A stretch of 61,717 nt of DNA, counting the filler, from Diploschistes diacapsis (lineage: Eukaryota): NCBI GenBank assembly GCA_023645945.1. It is 6 parts of 6 records of this genome, joined end to end, with 100 filler letters (N's around TTAATTAATTAA, not from the genome) between each part and the next. Parts side by side here need not be neighbours in the genome. Positions count along the whole stretch, not along the records: positions 1 to 28,968 come from JALAIB010000139.1; positions 29,069 to 35,526 come from JALAIB010001390.1; positions 35,627 to 42,083 come from JALAIB010001391.1; 3 more parts are not named here. One strand, given 5' to 3'. Within the stretch, counting starts at the first letter, position 1; the number at the start of each line of letters is the position of its first letter. The notes under the pieces were generated by a model. It was not told the DNA's origin. It did not search any database and saw only the letters and a list, made by a program, of their open reading frames with translations. The translations under genes and the position numbers were made by a program. Below are positions 26,616-40,209 of this stretch, piece after piece.

Positions 26616-26985
26616 TGCGGATATTGAACGGCGCTAACGATAATGAACGATCTAACATTAGATTCAATATATCATTTTTTGTAGCTATTCTACTATACCA
26701 GTGCCCTCTTGAATACATTTGGGAGGAGAACAGGATACAAGGAAAAGGTAGCAAATTCCATTTTGCGGCTGCTGCTACATGGAAAGGTTGTGTTCATTTT
26801 TTCTGTAAGAAGTAAGGTTTAGGGCTGAAAAACTTGGGACATCCTCCAACCCGAAACCACAGGTATAACTTGCGATTGATTGCGAAGTGCATCACTGTAT
26901 TAGGGGGGAATATCGAAGAAAAAAAAGTTTGCAGCAGGTCTAACAGGTACAAGCAAAAACGTCTCTGTCCCAACATGCCTGCTGA

Positions 26986-28349
26986 ATGTTGTCCCGCTGC
27001 CAGTCTTCCGTCCAAGGAGGGTCAAGAAATCTAGCATTTAAGTCCCGAATCAACCTGTGTGCAGTTGCTGGTAGGAGAAGTCCGACGACACTGGCGGACC
27101 CCACCTTGACCGCATCTGCCCCTCGCTTCAATAGCGAAGTAGATAAATCTGCTACTGCTGTTGCTGCTGCTGCTTCTTCTCGGACGCAATTGATCGCCAG
27201 ACATCTCTCTTCGAGTACAACCAACAAGTCAGATTCCAAAATGCCTCGGTTTGGTGTTCGCAAAATAGGTGCTCCGTACACTTTGGAGCACCGTGTCTTT
27301 GTCGAGATGGATGGAGTACCCTGCTCCCCTTTTCATGATATTCCCCTTTACGCCAATGAACAGCAGAACATCCTGAACATGGTCGTTGAGATTCCAAGGT
27401 GGACAAACGCTAAGCTTGAAGTAAGAAAGCGCCTCGATACGCTTGCAATCGCCCTTTGGGACACGACACCAACGTTCGACTTCTTGGACATGACTGACAT
27501 ATGACACCAGATCTCCAAAGAAGAGGAACTGAATCCGATCAAGCAAGACATCAAGAAGGGCAAGCTTCGCTTCGTGCGCAATTGCTTTCCGCACAAGGGC
27601 TACCTCTGGAACTACGGCGCATTCCCGCAGGTACGGTTCCACCCATGTAGGCGCAAACCAAAGTAACAAGCATTTTGCAGACTTGGGAGGATCCCAACGT
27701 CGTCCACCCCGAGACCAAAGCCAAGGGTGACAACGACCCGCTTGATGTTTGCGAGATCGGAGAGCTGGTCGGCTACACCGGCCAAATTAAGCAGGTTAAA
27801 GTGCTTGGCGTCATGGCTCTGCTCGACGAGGAGGAGACCGACTGGAAAATCATTGTCATCGATATCAATGATCCACTAGCGCCCAAGCTTAACGACATCG
27901 AGGATGTCGAGAGGCATCTACCGGGTCTACTGAGGGCCACGAACGAGTGGTTCCGAATCTACAAGATTCCTGATGGAAAGCCCGAGAACCAATTTGCCTT
28001 CTCCGGCGAATGCAAGAACAGAAAGTGAGTGAAAATGGTGCAGATATTTCGGTTCAGGACTTAATCATCTCGACAGATACGCTACTGATATCGTTCGTGA
28101 ATGTGCCGAGGCCTGGGAGAGGCTCATCACTGGTAAGACACAACCAGGCGGAGTTTCAATGTAAGTCCATACGCTAAGAAAATCATGATCGTACGATAAC
28201 CTCTGGCCAGCAAAAACACTCAGGTTCAGCACTCTCCTGGTCGCGTGTCTGCGGACTCCGTCCATGTTCTCCAAGGACAGAACCTTGCACCGGCACCCAT
28301 TGACCCAACCATCGATAAGTGGTTCTTTATCTCTGGAGCCGCCGTGTGA
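26986..28349 (+). CDS. IPP1: Inorganic pyrophosphatase; cytosolic start ATG 27241, in-frame upstream ATG 26986 adds a presequence; 4 introns
   Basis: [61 protein letters not shown]. Confidence 0.95.
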
Positions 28350-28562
28350 AGCTCAATGGCAATTACTCCAATGGGGAAAGAGTGAGCGTTGAAAGCCGTA
28401 TATGTCTCAGATGCGTTGGACGAAAAACTAGCATGAGCAGTTGTATAAGGCTTCTGTGCTTGCATGGATATAAACATGAAATGAAAAAAGCGCAAATTTC
28501 CCAAGCTGCTTGATGTTCTGAAGGTCCCGTATGCAGATAAATCCATCGTTACATCAGCCTCC

Positions 28563-28944
28563 TCACCCAGCCAGCTCCGCCTTCCTTGCCAACATCCTCG
28601 AATGCCTGTCCACCTCTTCCGTAATGTCCTTGAACCCTAGCTTCTCCGTGTCGAGCATCATCTCTTTGCCATCCTCTAGAGACAAAGGCGTCAGCACTCG
28701 GCAAAACCCCATAGCGAAGCTTTTCTCATCCCTCCCTCCCCTGTGCGCGGGCAAGTGAATACGTACGGAACTTTATCTTCAACGAGCTCGGCTCCGTGCT
28801 GGTCCGCGGTAGCACGTCGTTCCTGATCCTGATGGACTGGAAAGCGGTCGGGCCGAACTGGGAGAGAATGCTGCGGCACGTTTTGGCGCGGGCGGAGAAG
28901 GGGTTGAATTTCAGGGACACGTCGGTTATGAAGCGGGTTATCAT
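28563..28944 (-). CDS. MRPL44: Mitochondrial large-subunit ribosomal protein mL53 (yeast Mrpl44); one intron about 28677-28766
   Basis: MITRFITDVSLKFNPFS...DGKEMMLDTEKLGFKDITEEVDRHSRMLARK. Confidence 0.85.
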
Positions 28945-28968
28945 GCTGGGCGGTGGAGAGTTGGGGTT

Positions 28969-29068
28969 NNNNNNNNNNNNNNNNNNNNNNNNNNNNNNNN
29001 NNNNNNNNNNNNTTAATTAATTAANNNNNNNNNNNNNNNNNNNNNNNNNNNNNNNNNNNNNNNNNNNN
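28969..29068. other. Artificial contig spacer N44-TTAATTAATTAA-N44
   Basis: Exactly 100 nt with stop codons in all six frames. Occurs five times in the window. Confidence 0.98.
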
Positions 29069-29189
<121 letters not shown>

Positions 29190-32100
29190 TAATGTATGTA
29201 TATTTCTTGCATTCAAGTGTTAGCATATCACGTGCAGTAAACCATTTCTCACTCACTCACTCGCTCGCCCACCTCACTCCTCTTAACTACAACTTCTGTA
29301 CTATACTAGTACTAATTTCGTCAAATTTTCATTCTCATGCTTGCTTCCATGGCTATAGGAAGGGCATTGGTCGGTGGTAGTCCAGCTCTATCGCAGACTC
29401 GAGCTGATAAATAACTTAGAGGCTGACCAGTCTATACTACGTACGTAAGTACAATCAAGTGCCCTTGCTCATGCATCTCAAACTATTGTCTATTCTGCAT
29501 TGCGGAGTCACTTACTCATTCATGCATTATCATTACTCGCCTCCTTCGGAAGTATATCCTACTGCGTGGCATTCTCCGCATCATCGGAAACCTGCCGCCT
29601 CCATCACTGTCCCATTTGCCACTCATCCCATTTGCATTGACCATGACCGTCGTGTCGCTGCAGCCACAGTTAGCGTATCTACAACAACGATCAAACAACG
29701 AACACTGGACGGATTAACCGAGGTACAAAGGGGATAGGAGATCCTAACCGCATCTTACCGCAACCCCTTCTTTTCTATATCTACCTACTACTAGTACCCC
29801 CTTAGCTGTTTGTCACAGGCAGGGGCTGATGCCATATTGGACCCGCGACACAGAGCAACCTACCCATGTTTTTAGACTTGTTTATCCCCTCATAGCGTGG
29901 CTGTAATGATTTTGTTTTCCTGGCAACTTCTTCGGGCCAAAACTCGGTGTTTCGAACCGGTTTCTGCTCAGACCTGGCAATCCGCATCACCGCCCATTCC
30001 TATTGATTGATCGACTCAAGCTTGATCTTGATACTGCGTTCACAAATGAGAATATGTCTCGAACCGCCACAGTTGAAAATATACGCGTAATGGCTAGTTT
30101 TCGTGAAAGCCGTCTTTATACTTTGAGAGAGGTGGGGAAGCAGTTCAGGACAGACGGGGGTCATTGTGGGTCAACAGAACACATTCAATAGGAACAATAA
30201 GAACTTATAAGACCTGGGGTCACTAGGGCAGGCAGTCAAGTCCCTCCTAGCGCTTCTTCTTGACGGAGCACTCCCGGCTACGATAAGCTTCATAGAAAAC
30301 GGCTCAACTTGCAATCCCCATGTCACTACTGTACCCGTTTGAAAGACAAAGCAGGCAACCATGACTACCTTGTTGACTTATAGGTGCTATCCCACTGCAT
30401 GCATACAATGGGTCTGTTGTCAGACGAGAGTAGCCCCGTGTCTGCACAATACTAGCCAATTCCTTCAGAACTCGGAAGATAATTGTACTGAGTTGGGCTT
30501 CCGGCCGTAACTGGAGAGCTGGTAATAGCAGCAGAAAGACCTCTCCACCAGGGCCATTGACAGAATCCTCCAGCTGTCTCGTCACCAAATGGAAGCGCTT
30601 AGGAGTTCGGTGAGCTGGATAACAATGGACGGTGCACTCACCAACGTTCCCATGTCTGTTCAATTCTGTGTGCTCTGGGTTCCCAATCGATTCTTCGGTG
30701 CCTGGTGCAACATTGCAGATACTGGCGAGGGCTTGAATATGACGGTAGTAGACGTCGCGGAAACCCGAAGACTCCAAAAATCCTGATGGAGCAAGATTCC
30801 CTCAAACAAGGCAGTGATTTCCACGATAGCCTGATGGATCATAAGTCCCTTCGGCACCGAGCATTGCGTACGTTTTGCGCCATGTATCGTCAAATACGGG
30901 ATGTACTAAGTAGGCTATAATCTGTGCTCAAGAGCCTCGTAACTAGGCTCGGAAACCAGGCACAGGGCAGGTGCTACTCGGCGCATAGTATGATCGGGCC
31001 TCTATCTCCATTCCGACCTGATTTCTTTTTTTTTTTTAAAAAAAGGGGGCGCGAAGTCAACTCATTCGACCCATTTGTGGCGAAGCTGACCCGGATAGCC
31101 GAGGGGGTGCTTGGGCCCCAAGAAGGGCGAAGAGAAGTAGGTTGAGGGCGGGTGAGCTAGTCATCCAACCCAATCCAGTACAGCTGAGTCGAGCGTTATC
31201 GACAATCCATTGTAGGTGTGGCAGGAGTCGAAGGACTCAGGAGCATCAGGCAGGACATCCTTCGTCGGAGATATTACCCGGTAGGATGAAGACGAGACAT
31301 CTAAAGAGTCAAGACAGCCGAAGACAGCCCGTCCCGGCAAATGATAAGCTTGGAGAGGACTAGTAGCAAAGTTTAGTAGATAGCTATGTGACGAACAAGT
31401 AATTTGTACCCGAGGTGAATCATGCTTGATTCTGGAAGGATGCATGATATGTTGCTGATTGTTTCATAAAACCTTGCGCTACAATAAAACAATCATAACC
31501 CGAAGTCGCAGTCCAGCTGCACTTAAAATAGTAGCGGATAATTACCAGCAATCTGGCGCATAACTTAGAAATTTTGATGAACAGCATCGGATGGTCCTGT
31601 CGGAGGTTACAAGTTTTTTAAGCTTTTCTTGCTCTTTACGGAAAAGCCAAATCACCAGAATCTAGATAAAGAGTACAGTAGAGGGAAGTACGGCATCCTG
31701 GCAGCAGATCTGATTAGCCATCCAAGAACCTACGATTCAGCTTATCGAGTTGCTACAATTCTGGTACATCATGATGGGTACTTTGTAGTACGTTACCGCT
31801 GGACGTTTGCAACAACCATGGAAAAAAGAAGGCGTCGCTTCGTTGCACTACATGGCGGCTCTTGCTGATCTATGGGCGGCAATGCTCTTCTAATAAGAGT
31901 TTTCGAACATCCTATGCTTCCGATATAGCACCTGTTCGTCGGGAACTATCGTAGCGTGACCGCTTACGTCGTGCGACCGTAGTCATCACCCACCATACAT
32001 CATTACAGCTGTGTTGTAGATACAAGAATTGCAGTCACAAGCAAGTCGTTAAGCCATCGGTGACCTGGTCCCTTTCCTCACTCCAATCCTTTCTCCTTGC

Positions 32101-32642
32101 CTCAAGCCTCATTATAGGAAATCAGAGTTTCTCCGTCTTTGGTTGCTCAGTAACTGTTTCTGGACTTCTCAATGACCTATCGGAAAGACCTCTTTGGTAC
32201 CATAATTCCACCATGTACTCTCTCAGTAGAGTAGCCGTTGTTACTGATTCAGAGCTAACTCGTAAGTTGAATACGGTTCAATCCAGCAGTAACGGGAATC
32301 AAAGACTCCGCTCGTCGAATATTTCCATCCCTCCAACGCGCTAGCTGTCGGTTCTTTCAGGTGTGTTAAATATTCCGATCGAGAGAACGCTACTCAAGAC
32401 CTATGTTGACACGAGGTTGGCTGTCATGAGGTCCCATCGGCACTGTAGTAAAGAAGCATGTCGGTCAATCGCTGATTCGATCGGGCGCTGACCTGGATAA
32501 AGATGCTCCTAAAAGCCTGTGGCCGAGCATTTGCTCCACTGGGGGGATGATGTGGAAACGATGTTGCCACGGCTTGTCTCCGTACATTCTGCCTCATACA
32601 GAGGTATTCCATTCAAGCAGCAAACACACAATACGCATTTGT

Positions 32643-34404
32643 TTACTCGTAATCATCGTCGTCGTCATGAGGTTTTGTTGTCGTGTCTGAGGCGAATGCT
32701 ATGCTCTCATCCACTCCATTACTCTCGAGAGTTGTGTCGGTCTTGAACTTCCTTGTAGCCCAGGCGGCACCAAACCCGGCCAGGCTTCCAAAGCCTAGAA
32801 CCAAGGGGATACTATTCTCCCGCCCACCAGAAAGCCAGAAGATAATGCTGCTCAAGCAGGCTGTGAGAGCTTGGGGCACGCAAATGGCGACGTTATGTAG
32901 CGCAAGTACAGTGGCTGCTTCGAGCTTCTGCGGCCCTTCCACCGTATCCATGTAGGAACGAGAGTTCCTTGCCGAGATACTGGTTGTGATCAGTGCAAAT
33001 GGAATCCAGATGGTGCAAGCCCAGCTGATACCAATGAAACCGACAAAAACCATTATCACGGCGATCTCGTCGAAGAAAGCAGGAACGAGCAAGCAGAGAC
33101 CAAATAGAAGTTGAGAGATTGCCCAAGCATTCCGTAGGCTGATGGGTGCAATCCGGTGAAGCAGATGGGAGCCTCTCCGTGTCTTCGAGGCCTTCTTAGA
33201 ACCGCTAATCATGAGCGGTAGAAATGCGCTAGCAATTAAAGAGACAATCGCAAAAACAAGCATCGAAGCCGATCCTTGTCTCGTCGCATCGTCCCACAAG
33301 TCACGGGGGACACTCTCTCGGTCATTGCTCACCAGGTTCTTGAATCGCTTGAGATAGGTTTCGCTAGTGTACGTCGATATGTAGAATAGAAAGGGAAACC
33401 AGCCCATCCAGGAAAAGAATTGCACAATACATACGTTTCGGATGTCCTCTGGAAGAGTGCGTGCACTCCTGAAAATCTCCCGCAAGTTGTGTACGGCACT
33501 TGAACACCGGACGCGGCTGCTGGTTGGAGGTGGCAACGGTTCTTCCTTGATAAAAACACAAGTAATCATAGTCGTCAGTACTAGACATATGCCTGTGAAG
33601 AGGCTCAATGCCGTAAACTGATTGTTCAGCACCGGAAATATCCTTGGAAGGTCTACAACGCCCGCGAGAAAACCAATGATGTTGCCGATTCCGGTAACCC
33701 GGGCAGCCCAAGCATTCGCTGACAACTGCAGCGAAGGGCGGCACTTGTCTACGATTAAAGCACGTAGACCAACCTGGACAGGCTGTATACCGCAAGTTAT
33801 GCAGATGACAGCGAAGATCGCTAACGCCATCCTCAAGGTACGCTCGGCAGCGTGAGTTCCAAGCAAACAAGCCACAGCGGAGGCCGTTGGTGCTGCTTGA
33901 GCCAATAACGCCATGGCAAAAACGATCAAGAGAGTTCCACCTAATATATATGGTTTCCTACGTCCCCATGACGAATAACATCTATCGCTGCAGACTCCGA
34001 CGTATGGTTGAAGCAAAGCTCCAACTATTGGACCGGAAAGCCAAGTGATACCGAGCAGCGACTTGTCCATGCCGAGGGACAAAAGATACGACTGTAAGTG
34101 TTTAGCAAAGGGTATCGCAAGCTTGTTTGAAGGGAACACACAGAGCCATTAGATGACAAAAGCGCAAAGACGGTCTGAAGTCTGTGTGCATACTGTTAGG
34201 CATCCGCAAGATTGCTGTAGCCAAGAAGCGAGCAGCTTACCCTCCAAAGCCGAGAGAAAGAAGTATAAAATGAGGGCCGTTACGTTCTGGCGACACCCCG
34301 ATCCGAGCTTCATCTAGGTTCACTTCCTCATGCTCGAACTGCGCGGATGGTTTCCTAGAAGTATCAGGGATTGCTGCTGTTGCTGCGTATATTTCTTGTG
34401 ACAT
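32643..34404 (-). CDS. Sucrose/alpha-glucoside transporter (GPH family, Sut1-like); two short 5' introns
   Basis: ITWLSGPIVGALLQPYVGVCSDRCYSSWGRRKPYILGG, VCIVQFFSWMGWFPFLFY, LALHNVAICVPQ; multiple TM segments. Confidence 0.88.
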
Positions 34405-34718
34405 CTTCAAATCCCCCTGCTCGCCAATGCCCAGAAGTGACTAGGTTCTCCTCAAGCAGCGTGCGATGGCTAAGTGAAGGATAAAGGCAGATATGAGAGG
34501 AGGTAGAGGCGAACCCAAGGCTTGTCCGCTGGGTCCCGCTGGGTCCCGTTTACCTGCTCCGCAAACCCTTCATACAAAACACCATAGGGCTGATAGTAAA
34601 TCTACGTACACGCTAAGTTAGGTCTTATATAAATTGATATACGCATTTCTTCAAGTTATTTATATGTCATTTGGTGGCACATATAAGCTCATGTTACGTG
34701 ATAATATTTGATACTATG

Positions 34719-34790
34719 TGTCGGAATATAAACATGAACTGCTGCTTGCTAAGTGGTGCGCATCTTTTGGCCTAGTGGTTTAGTTCAACA
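34719..34790 (+). mobile_element. 72-bp solo LTR (TG...CA) with 5-bp TSD CTATG
   Basis: 70/72 identical to 48905-48976. CTATG at both 34714-34718 and 34791-34795. Confidence 0.9.
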
Positions 34791-35086
34791 CTATGTATCT
34801 AAATATCATTTTCCTCTAAGTATTTTACAGTTCTTTTTTAAATTTAATATGGTAATTTTAAGATTTTATAGGTCGTCAAATAGTCTGTTAAGGTTTTGAA
34901 TTTTTTTGGTCTTAGCCTTGACAGTTTCTTGCCCCGTCGCTTGTCCACCGTAATTAAACTCCTATTTCACGACTGCGACTTGCCTCAGTATCTCGGACTT
35001 TAGTAGCGCGTATGGGCTTCGTGTAACACCCGAGTGTGCGCACCGGGGTACAGGTCCCCCTGCTGCCACAGCTACGCACCTACATA

Positions 35087-35526
35087 CAGTACTATGCCAA
35101 AAGTAGTTAGGTCCCCCCCATTTCTCACCAAAAAAGTCCCTTTTTTAGCCCCTATATCTCTGCGAAAACGTTTTTAAAAAAAAAAACAAGAGTCTTTTAA
35201 AAGCTTCAAATATGCATTCGCTTTTTTTTTCAAAATTTTTACATTTTACTGGGGGCCGCAAGATGCGACTGAAAAAAGCGAGGGTACAGTTACCGAACCG
35301 TAACCGCGATTTTTGGCGGGGACCATTTTTCTTAAATGTTTAACCGCATATTAGGCACTCAAGAAATTGTTATAAAAATTTCGTAAAAAATCTCTTGTAC
35401 ATAAACGCTCTTAAAGTTCTTTATAAAGCTTTAAATTTCCGATTTGGCACATTGCTGGGGAAGATGTTTGGGTACAAAGTTGATCGATTTTGGTGAGATA
35501 TGGGGGGGACCTAACTACTTTTGGCA
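35087..35526. mobile_element. Tc1/mariner-type MITE-like element, right end clipped by contig end
   Basis: TA then CAGTACTATGCCAAAAGT...; 35095-35133 is the reverse complement of 35488-35526 at 38/39 positions. No ORF inside. Confidence 0.85.
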
Positions 35527-35626
35527 NNNNNNNNNNNNNNNNNNNNNNNNNNNNNNNNNNNNNNNNNNNNTTAATTAATTAANNNNNNNNNNNNNNNNNN
35601 NNNNNNNNNNNNNNNNNNNNNNNNNN
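35527..35626. other. Artificial contig spacer
   Basis: N44-TTAATTAATTAA-N44. Confidence 0.98.
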
Positions 35627-36238
35627 GATGTGGAGAGGGAGGGGGGTTGGGGAGACGGTGATTTGGGATAGTTTAGGGTGACGGTGATGGTGGTGAGTGA
35701 GGGGATAAGAAGTGCTGGTTGAGTTATACTTTATATCGAATACTTATCTTAAGCTAACAGGTAGGGAGGGTGACCCATAGACAAGGAAAGTAATTGGGAA
35801 TGAAGCAGACTCAATAGCGGCAATATCCCATGGTCTCCGTCTGGAATGATCAAGGTGAAAAGTAAACAAAAGTATCACGTTTCAATCTAGTATGGAGGGT
35901 CTCGCAAACACCGGCTTTGAAAGATTGTGATACCTCTTCACCGCAACCATCCGTCCCCTTCCTCGCTCCTTTTTCCTTCACCCGCAGTCTCCTCTTCATC
36001 GCGTCCTACGCATCCGCTGCTCCTTGGTCATTCTCGCTCGGCCTGTCCCGGCCTTCGCTGCGCGGAGTTCGGTCGTGCTGTCGAATTCGGACGTCCGCCG
36101 TCGCTGAAGCTCAAAAGGCTGCAGTATGAGGCTGCGGTGTCGATGCGGTATGCTACGGCATTGCCTTGAGGAAAGAATATTTGCAAAACAATGCAAGCTT
36201 TCAAAATACTCAAGTCCTACACCACGAACACTCCCAAA

Positions 36239-39200
36239 TTAGCCATGCGTTCCTCTATGTCTGCCATTTCCGCGGCCACGACCTCTGCCGCCGCTGTTGG
36301 ATAAGGAACGATCTGAGTCGGCGGGGTTTATGAAAGTGGACTTATCGGACCAGTCGACATCACTCAACTGTAGCTTCCTGGCACGGTGAGTGCTCCGTCC
36401 ACTGCCGGGCTTCTCGGAAGATCTTCCGCTCGGATGGTGGTGAGGCGCCTGCTGGATCGGTGCATTGTTTGAGTACTTCTCGCCGAGGAGACCTTGGTTG
36501 TCATTATGAGCAGAATATCTCTTGGATATGGGGTTGTGTAAATTGGGATTAGGCCGCAGAAAGAAATCTTCGGTTTTACCGTCAATATCCCCGTTCTCCT
36601 GAGATTCGTTGAGATTGAGCACGAGGTTCTTGATCCTCTGCTGCTCAGCACGCTCCGCCTCCTTTTGGGACTTCATTGCCACTGCAAAGTGCGAATCGGA
36701 GGGCAGCTCAATGGTACGAGTCTGTGACCATAACATTAGTAGATGAATACGAGCTCGACAAACATCGCTACCTGTTGCTTATTGCCACGCTTCGTCATAA
36801 GTGAGAATGCCATCATATTAGCCGGCGAAGGGGTGCTATCCTGCTGTGCGTCATCTATGCCTGCTTGATCTTTTAAGGCTTTACGAATGGGTAACGGCAC
36901 GTCGAAATGCTGCTTGCGCTCAAATTTTCGAGAGTCCATACTCTCGGCCATCATCTTTGCCAGTTCTCGATCGAATTCCGCCTCCGCCTCCGGATCGCGT
37001 TCTTCTTGTTGGCGTGTGACGATAATCTCGGGTTCAAAATCTGGGTCGTGCTTCTGGTCACCATTAATCGCGGGCTGTTGTGGGTCAGCTTGATTCATTC
37101 AGGCAAGAATCAGCTCACCTCTCCCTCAATATCCTCATCCGACGATTCATCTTCTTCAGCTTCTGCACCTGGAAGCTCCTCAGCGTCTCCATCGTTGGAA
37201 GAAATCTCATCCTCGACTTCTTCTTGCTCGACTATTTTTCCAGCTTCGTCACCTTTGTAGTTTTGCGAGACTGCCTCTGCGAAGAGACGACCTGCCTCAC
37301 CAAGGTCTGTGGTTACCTTCCATTGTGGTCTCAGAAGCCCGTAGGTATCGTGAATCATGAAATCAATATCCATCGGTAGAAAGTCTTTGGTAGAAATGTA
37401 GTACTTTTTATGGTCAGCGCATCCCTTTTTCTGCTCATTGTACCAACCTGGAAAAACGCAAGGAAGAAGTCAAGCTTTTTCTTCGCAGGCCCACGTTCGA
37501 AGCAGGTACCACAGGTATCGAGGATGACACAGATTAACCGCACGCGGAAGAAGTCATCAGGTGCATCTAGGGGGTTCAGTCGCTCCGGTATGGGCGTTCC
37601 GTTAACTAAAAACCTTATCAGCTTGGAGTCAGATGAAATTCAGTACCCTTACAGTGCCCGAACGTCGCGATACGGTACATGGTATCAAAGATGACGGGAG
37701 AGTCCAGCATCTTGTAGTTGTAAAGTTCGCCTAAGTACTTGACTTCGGCGACTCTTTTTTGATTGAACTTGAATTCGTTCTGTTCGAGGCCAAGGGCGAT
37801 GTTTTCCAAGAGCGTATCAAGGACTGCGACGACAAAGTCTTGGTGATAACGGTAAAGAGCGCCAACTAGAATCGCGAGGTAGTGGATGTTGCTGTATTTA
37901 ACCTTCCCCGGCTTTGTGAAAATCTTTTCAAGAATTTCGACGACTTCTGGTTCTTCCCAGTGGAGCTTCCTTACAGACTTGAGGACTTTAGTGTACGTTC
38001 GTCTGTTCATGTCAAGGTAAATAAGTTTTCTGATGAATAGTTCCATCGGAGTCCTTTCTTTCTGCTGAATGGCAGTTCTTTCTGGTGGATCAACGTAGTA
38101 CATAGCGTTCTCGATAAGCATGCGCTCCTGCTGACCAAGGTGGTGCGCGGTTTTTTTACGCTGAAGTGTTTCTAGGAAAGACCTCATCCTAGGAGCGGTG
38201 TCTGGGTTTCGAAGAAGATACCTTCCGCAATTCTCTAGAAGATGCGCGATAATCTCTATGTTCATTCTCGAAAAGTCATCCAGACTAACTTTCAGACAGT
38301 GGAAGATGACATGCTCTGGAACGAGCCCGAACTTGGTCAGCTCCGCCAGATAGCGGATGTTGCCAGTTCGTGCTTGCCCAAGGAAGTCCTTGGCCTTACG
38401 ACGCTGGAGGCTTCGAAACTCGTCATCCAGATAGGAAACAAGCCCGTTCGAGATATCTGTTAAGTACTTCCCAAGGGTAGTTACCAAGCGAGAGTAGAAC
38501 GGTAGTAGGTCCGATCTTCCTTTGGGCACTTCCTGAAGACTCCTTAAAAGACGATTACGCGAAGCCTTGGAGTTTAGGAAGCAAAAGTCTACTGCAATTT
38601 GGTCAACGGCGTCCTTAGTTTGCAGCTCTGGCAAGCGCGCGAGAAGTGCTTCGACTTGTGCGCCGACCGTTTTGTTAGCAATAGCAGTAGACTGGTCATC
38701 GGCCGCCTCAGCTGCTTTAGGCTTTTTATCTTCCTCTTTTATCTCGTTTGCCGGATGATCGTTCCTTTTGCCAACCTGAGGTTCGTCTTCTGCTTTCTTC
38801 TTTTTCACGTCTTCAAGTAAGATTCCGGGCACGCGGTCCTTGACGTCAATCAAATTTTCGTAGAACCGCCGCTCTTCCTCGTCCTCCCAGATGCCTGCTC
38901 CTTCGCCCTGTCCACGCAGGTATTCGCCGGCCTTGACGAGCGCAATGGCTCCAGGCGCAGCGGCTTCAACGGAGTCCGTCTCCTTTAGATCGGGCATTTC
39001 AGAGTCGAGCGCATCGCAAAGGACTTGCGCATTTGCAATCAACTTCTCTTGTGTTTTGCACTGCCTTTCATAATTTGCCTGGCGATCCTCGAAGACTTCT
39101 CCAGACTTGACGTAAGCTTCTGTATTCTTACGTCCTTGATTCACTATCGCTTTCTGGTCCTTGATGATGTGGGCTTTAACATCGTCAAAGTATCTTTGAA

Positions 39201-40209
39201 GAATATTCCGAAACCTCTGTTGGAGGTCAACGTCAATCAAGGGTGGGTCAAAGGCTCGGTCGACTGGAGCTGGTGCCTCATCGGCAGAGACTATCTCTTC
39301 CCCATCACAATTTGTCGTTGTTGCTCCTTCAGCCGTTACCGTCTGCCGGCCCTTATCCGTTGGGTTTTCAATGCCCAAAACATCCCACGCAAAGGCTTTG
39401 ACAAAGTTCACAACGAGGGGTAAATTCACATGTTCTCGGTCGTGACCAAGAAGGTCTTTTAGCACTTCGAGTGGAAACGGCTCGGCGATGGCGCTCTTTG
39501 CCCCGGCATCTGCTTTTGCTCTACCTCCTTTATCGACTGCCTTCCCACCCGGTAGGATGGCGCTCTCTTTCCCTTTCACGACCGTCTCCTCCGGCCGGGC
39601 AACGTCCTCCAAGCTTCTTAGCACTCCTACGAGCCATAATTCCGTAACGACCTTGAGCAAGTTCCGCTGTCTCGAAAGTCTCTCCTTCTCTTCCTTCTCT
39701 CGTGCTTCCACCGAAAGCGCCTTCAGTTGAGATCTATCTGGCGTGCTCAATCCTCTTCCTAGTTGCCACCCGAGAAAGCAAGTGTATTCAGAGTGACCGA
39801 AACGCTGGTGGAGGGCGGAAATGACCTCAACTCCAGCCGAGATATCGGCAGGGGTCTTCAGCCTGCAAAGACCTTCGTAGCTGGCTGAAACAACTTCCGA
39901 GAGGTACTTGTGCAGAGATAAGGTCCGGATCTCTTGAAGACATGTTGCAGTTGTATTACTGGCGATTGACGTGCGAACACGCTTGATGAAGGCAGTGTTC
40001 TTTTTCAGCGATGAGTCGAGCGGATTTGCAACAGCGAAAACGTCTGGCATTCAGTGTGAGTAATCGCCCGGCGTCTTGGGCAAGGCGCTGGATGTACCTG
40101 TTTCGCCTGACCACACTCGGGCATTCTGATCGCGCAGTTCGCCTAGTAGTTATTAGTTCAGGTGGAAGTTCAGAATCGAGTCTACCATACGCCTTCTCTG
40201 ACGATCCAT
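36239..40209 (-). CDS. UPF2: Nonsense-mediated decay factor Upf2 (three MIF4G domains); at least 6 introns
   Basis: LDSSLKKNTAFIKR, IWEDEEERRFYENL, NSKASRNRL, DLLPFYSRLV, EVKYLGELYNY, FDRELAKMMAES, LPSDSHFA. First exon MDRQRR from ATG 40209. 3' exon structure less certain. Confidence 0.92.

Noticed and set aside
29013..29024. TTAATTAATTAA palindrome as a biological motif
   Set aside because: It always sits centred in N runs; it is an assembly linker.
29800..32400. Short ORFs such as 30304-30777 and 31629-31868
   Set aside because: No recognisable domain or coherent exon chain. Possibly a relic, but this needs BLASTX.
35002..35068. tRNA-like stretch ending GGGGTACAGGTCCCCCTGCTGCCA
   Set aside because: The T-loop lacks TTC, the anticodon arm is too short and the acceptor stem is imperfect, so it cannot be called a tRNA.
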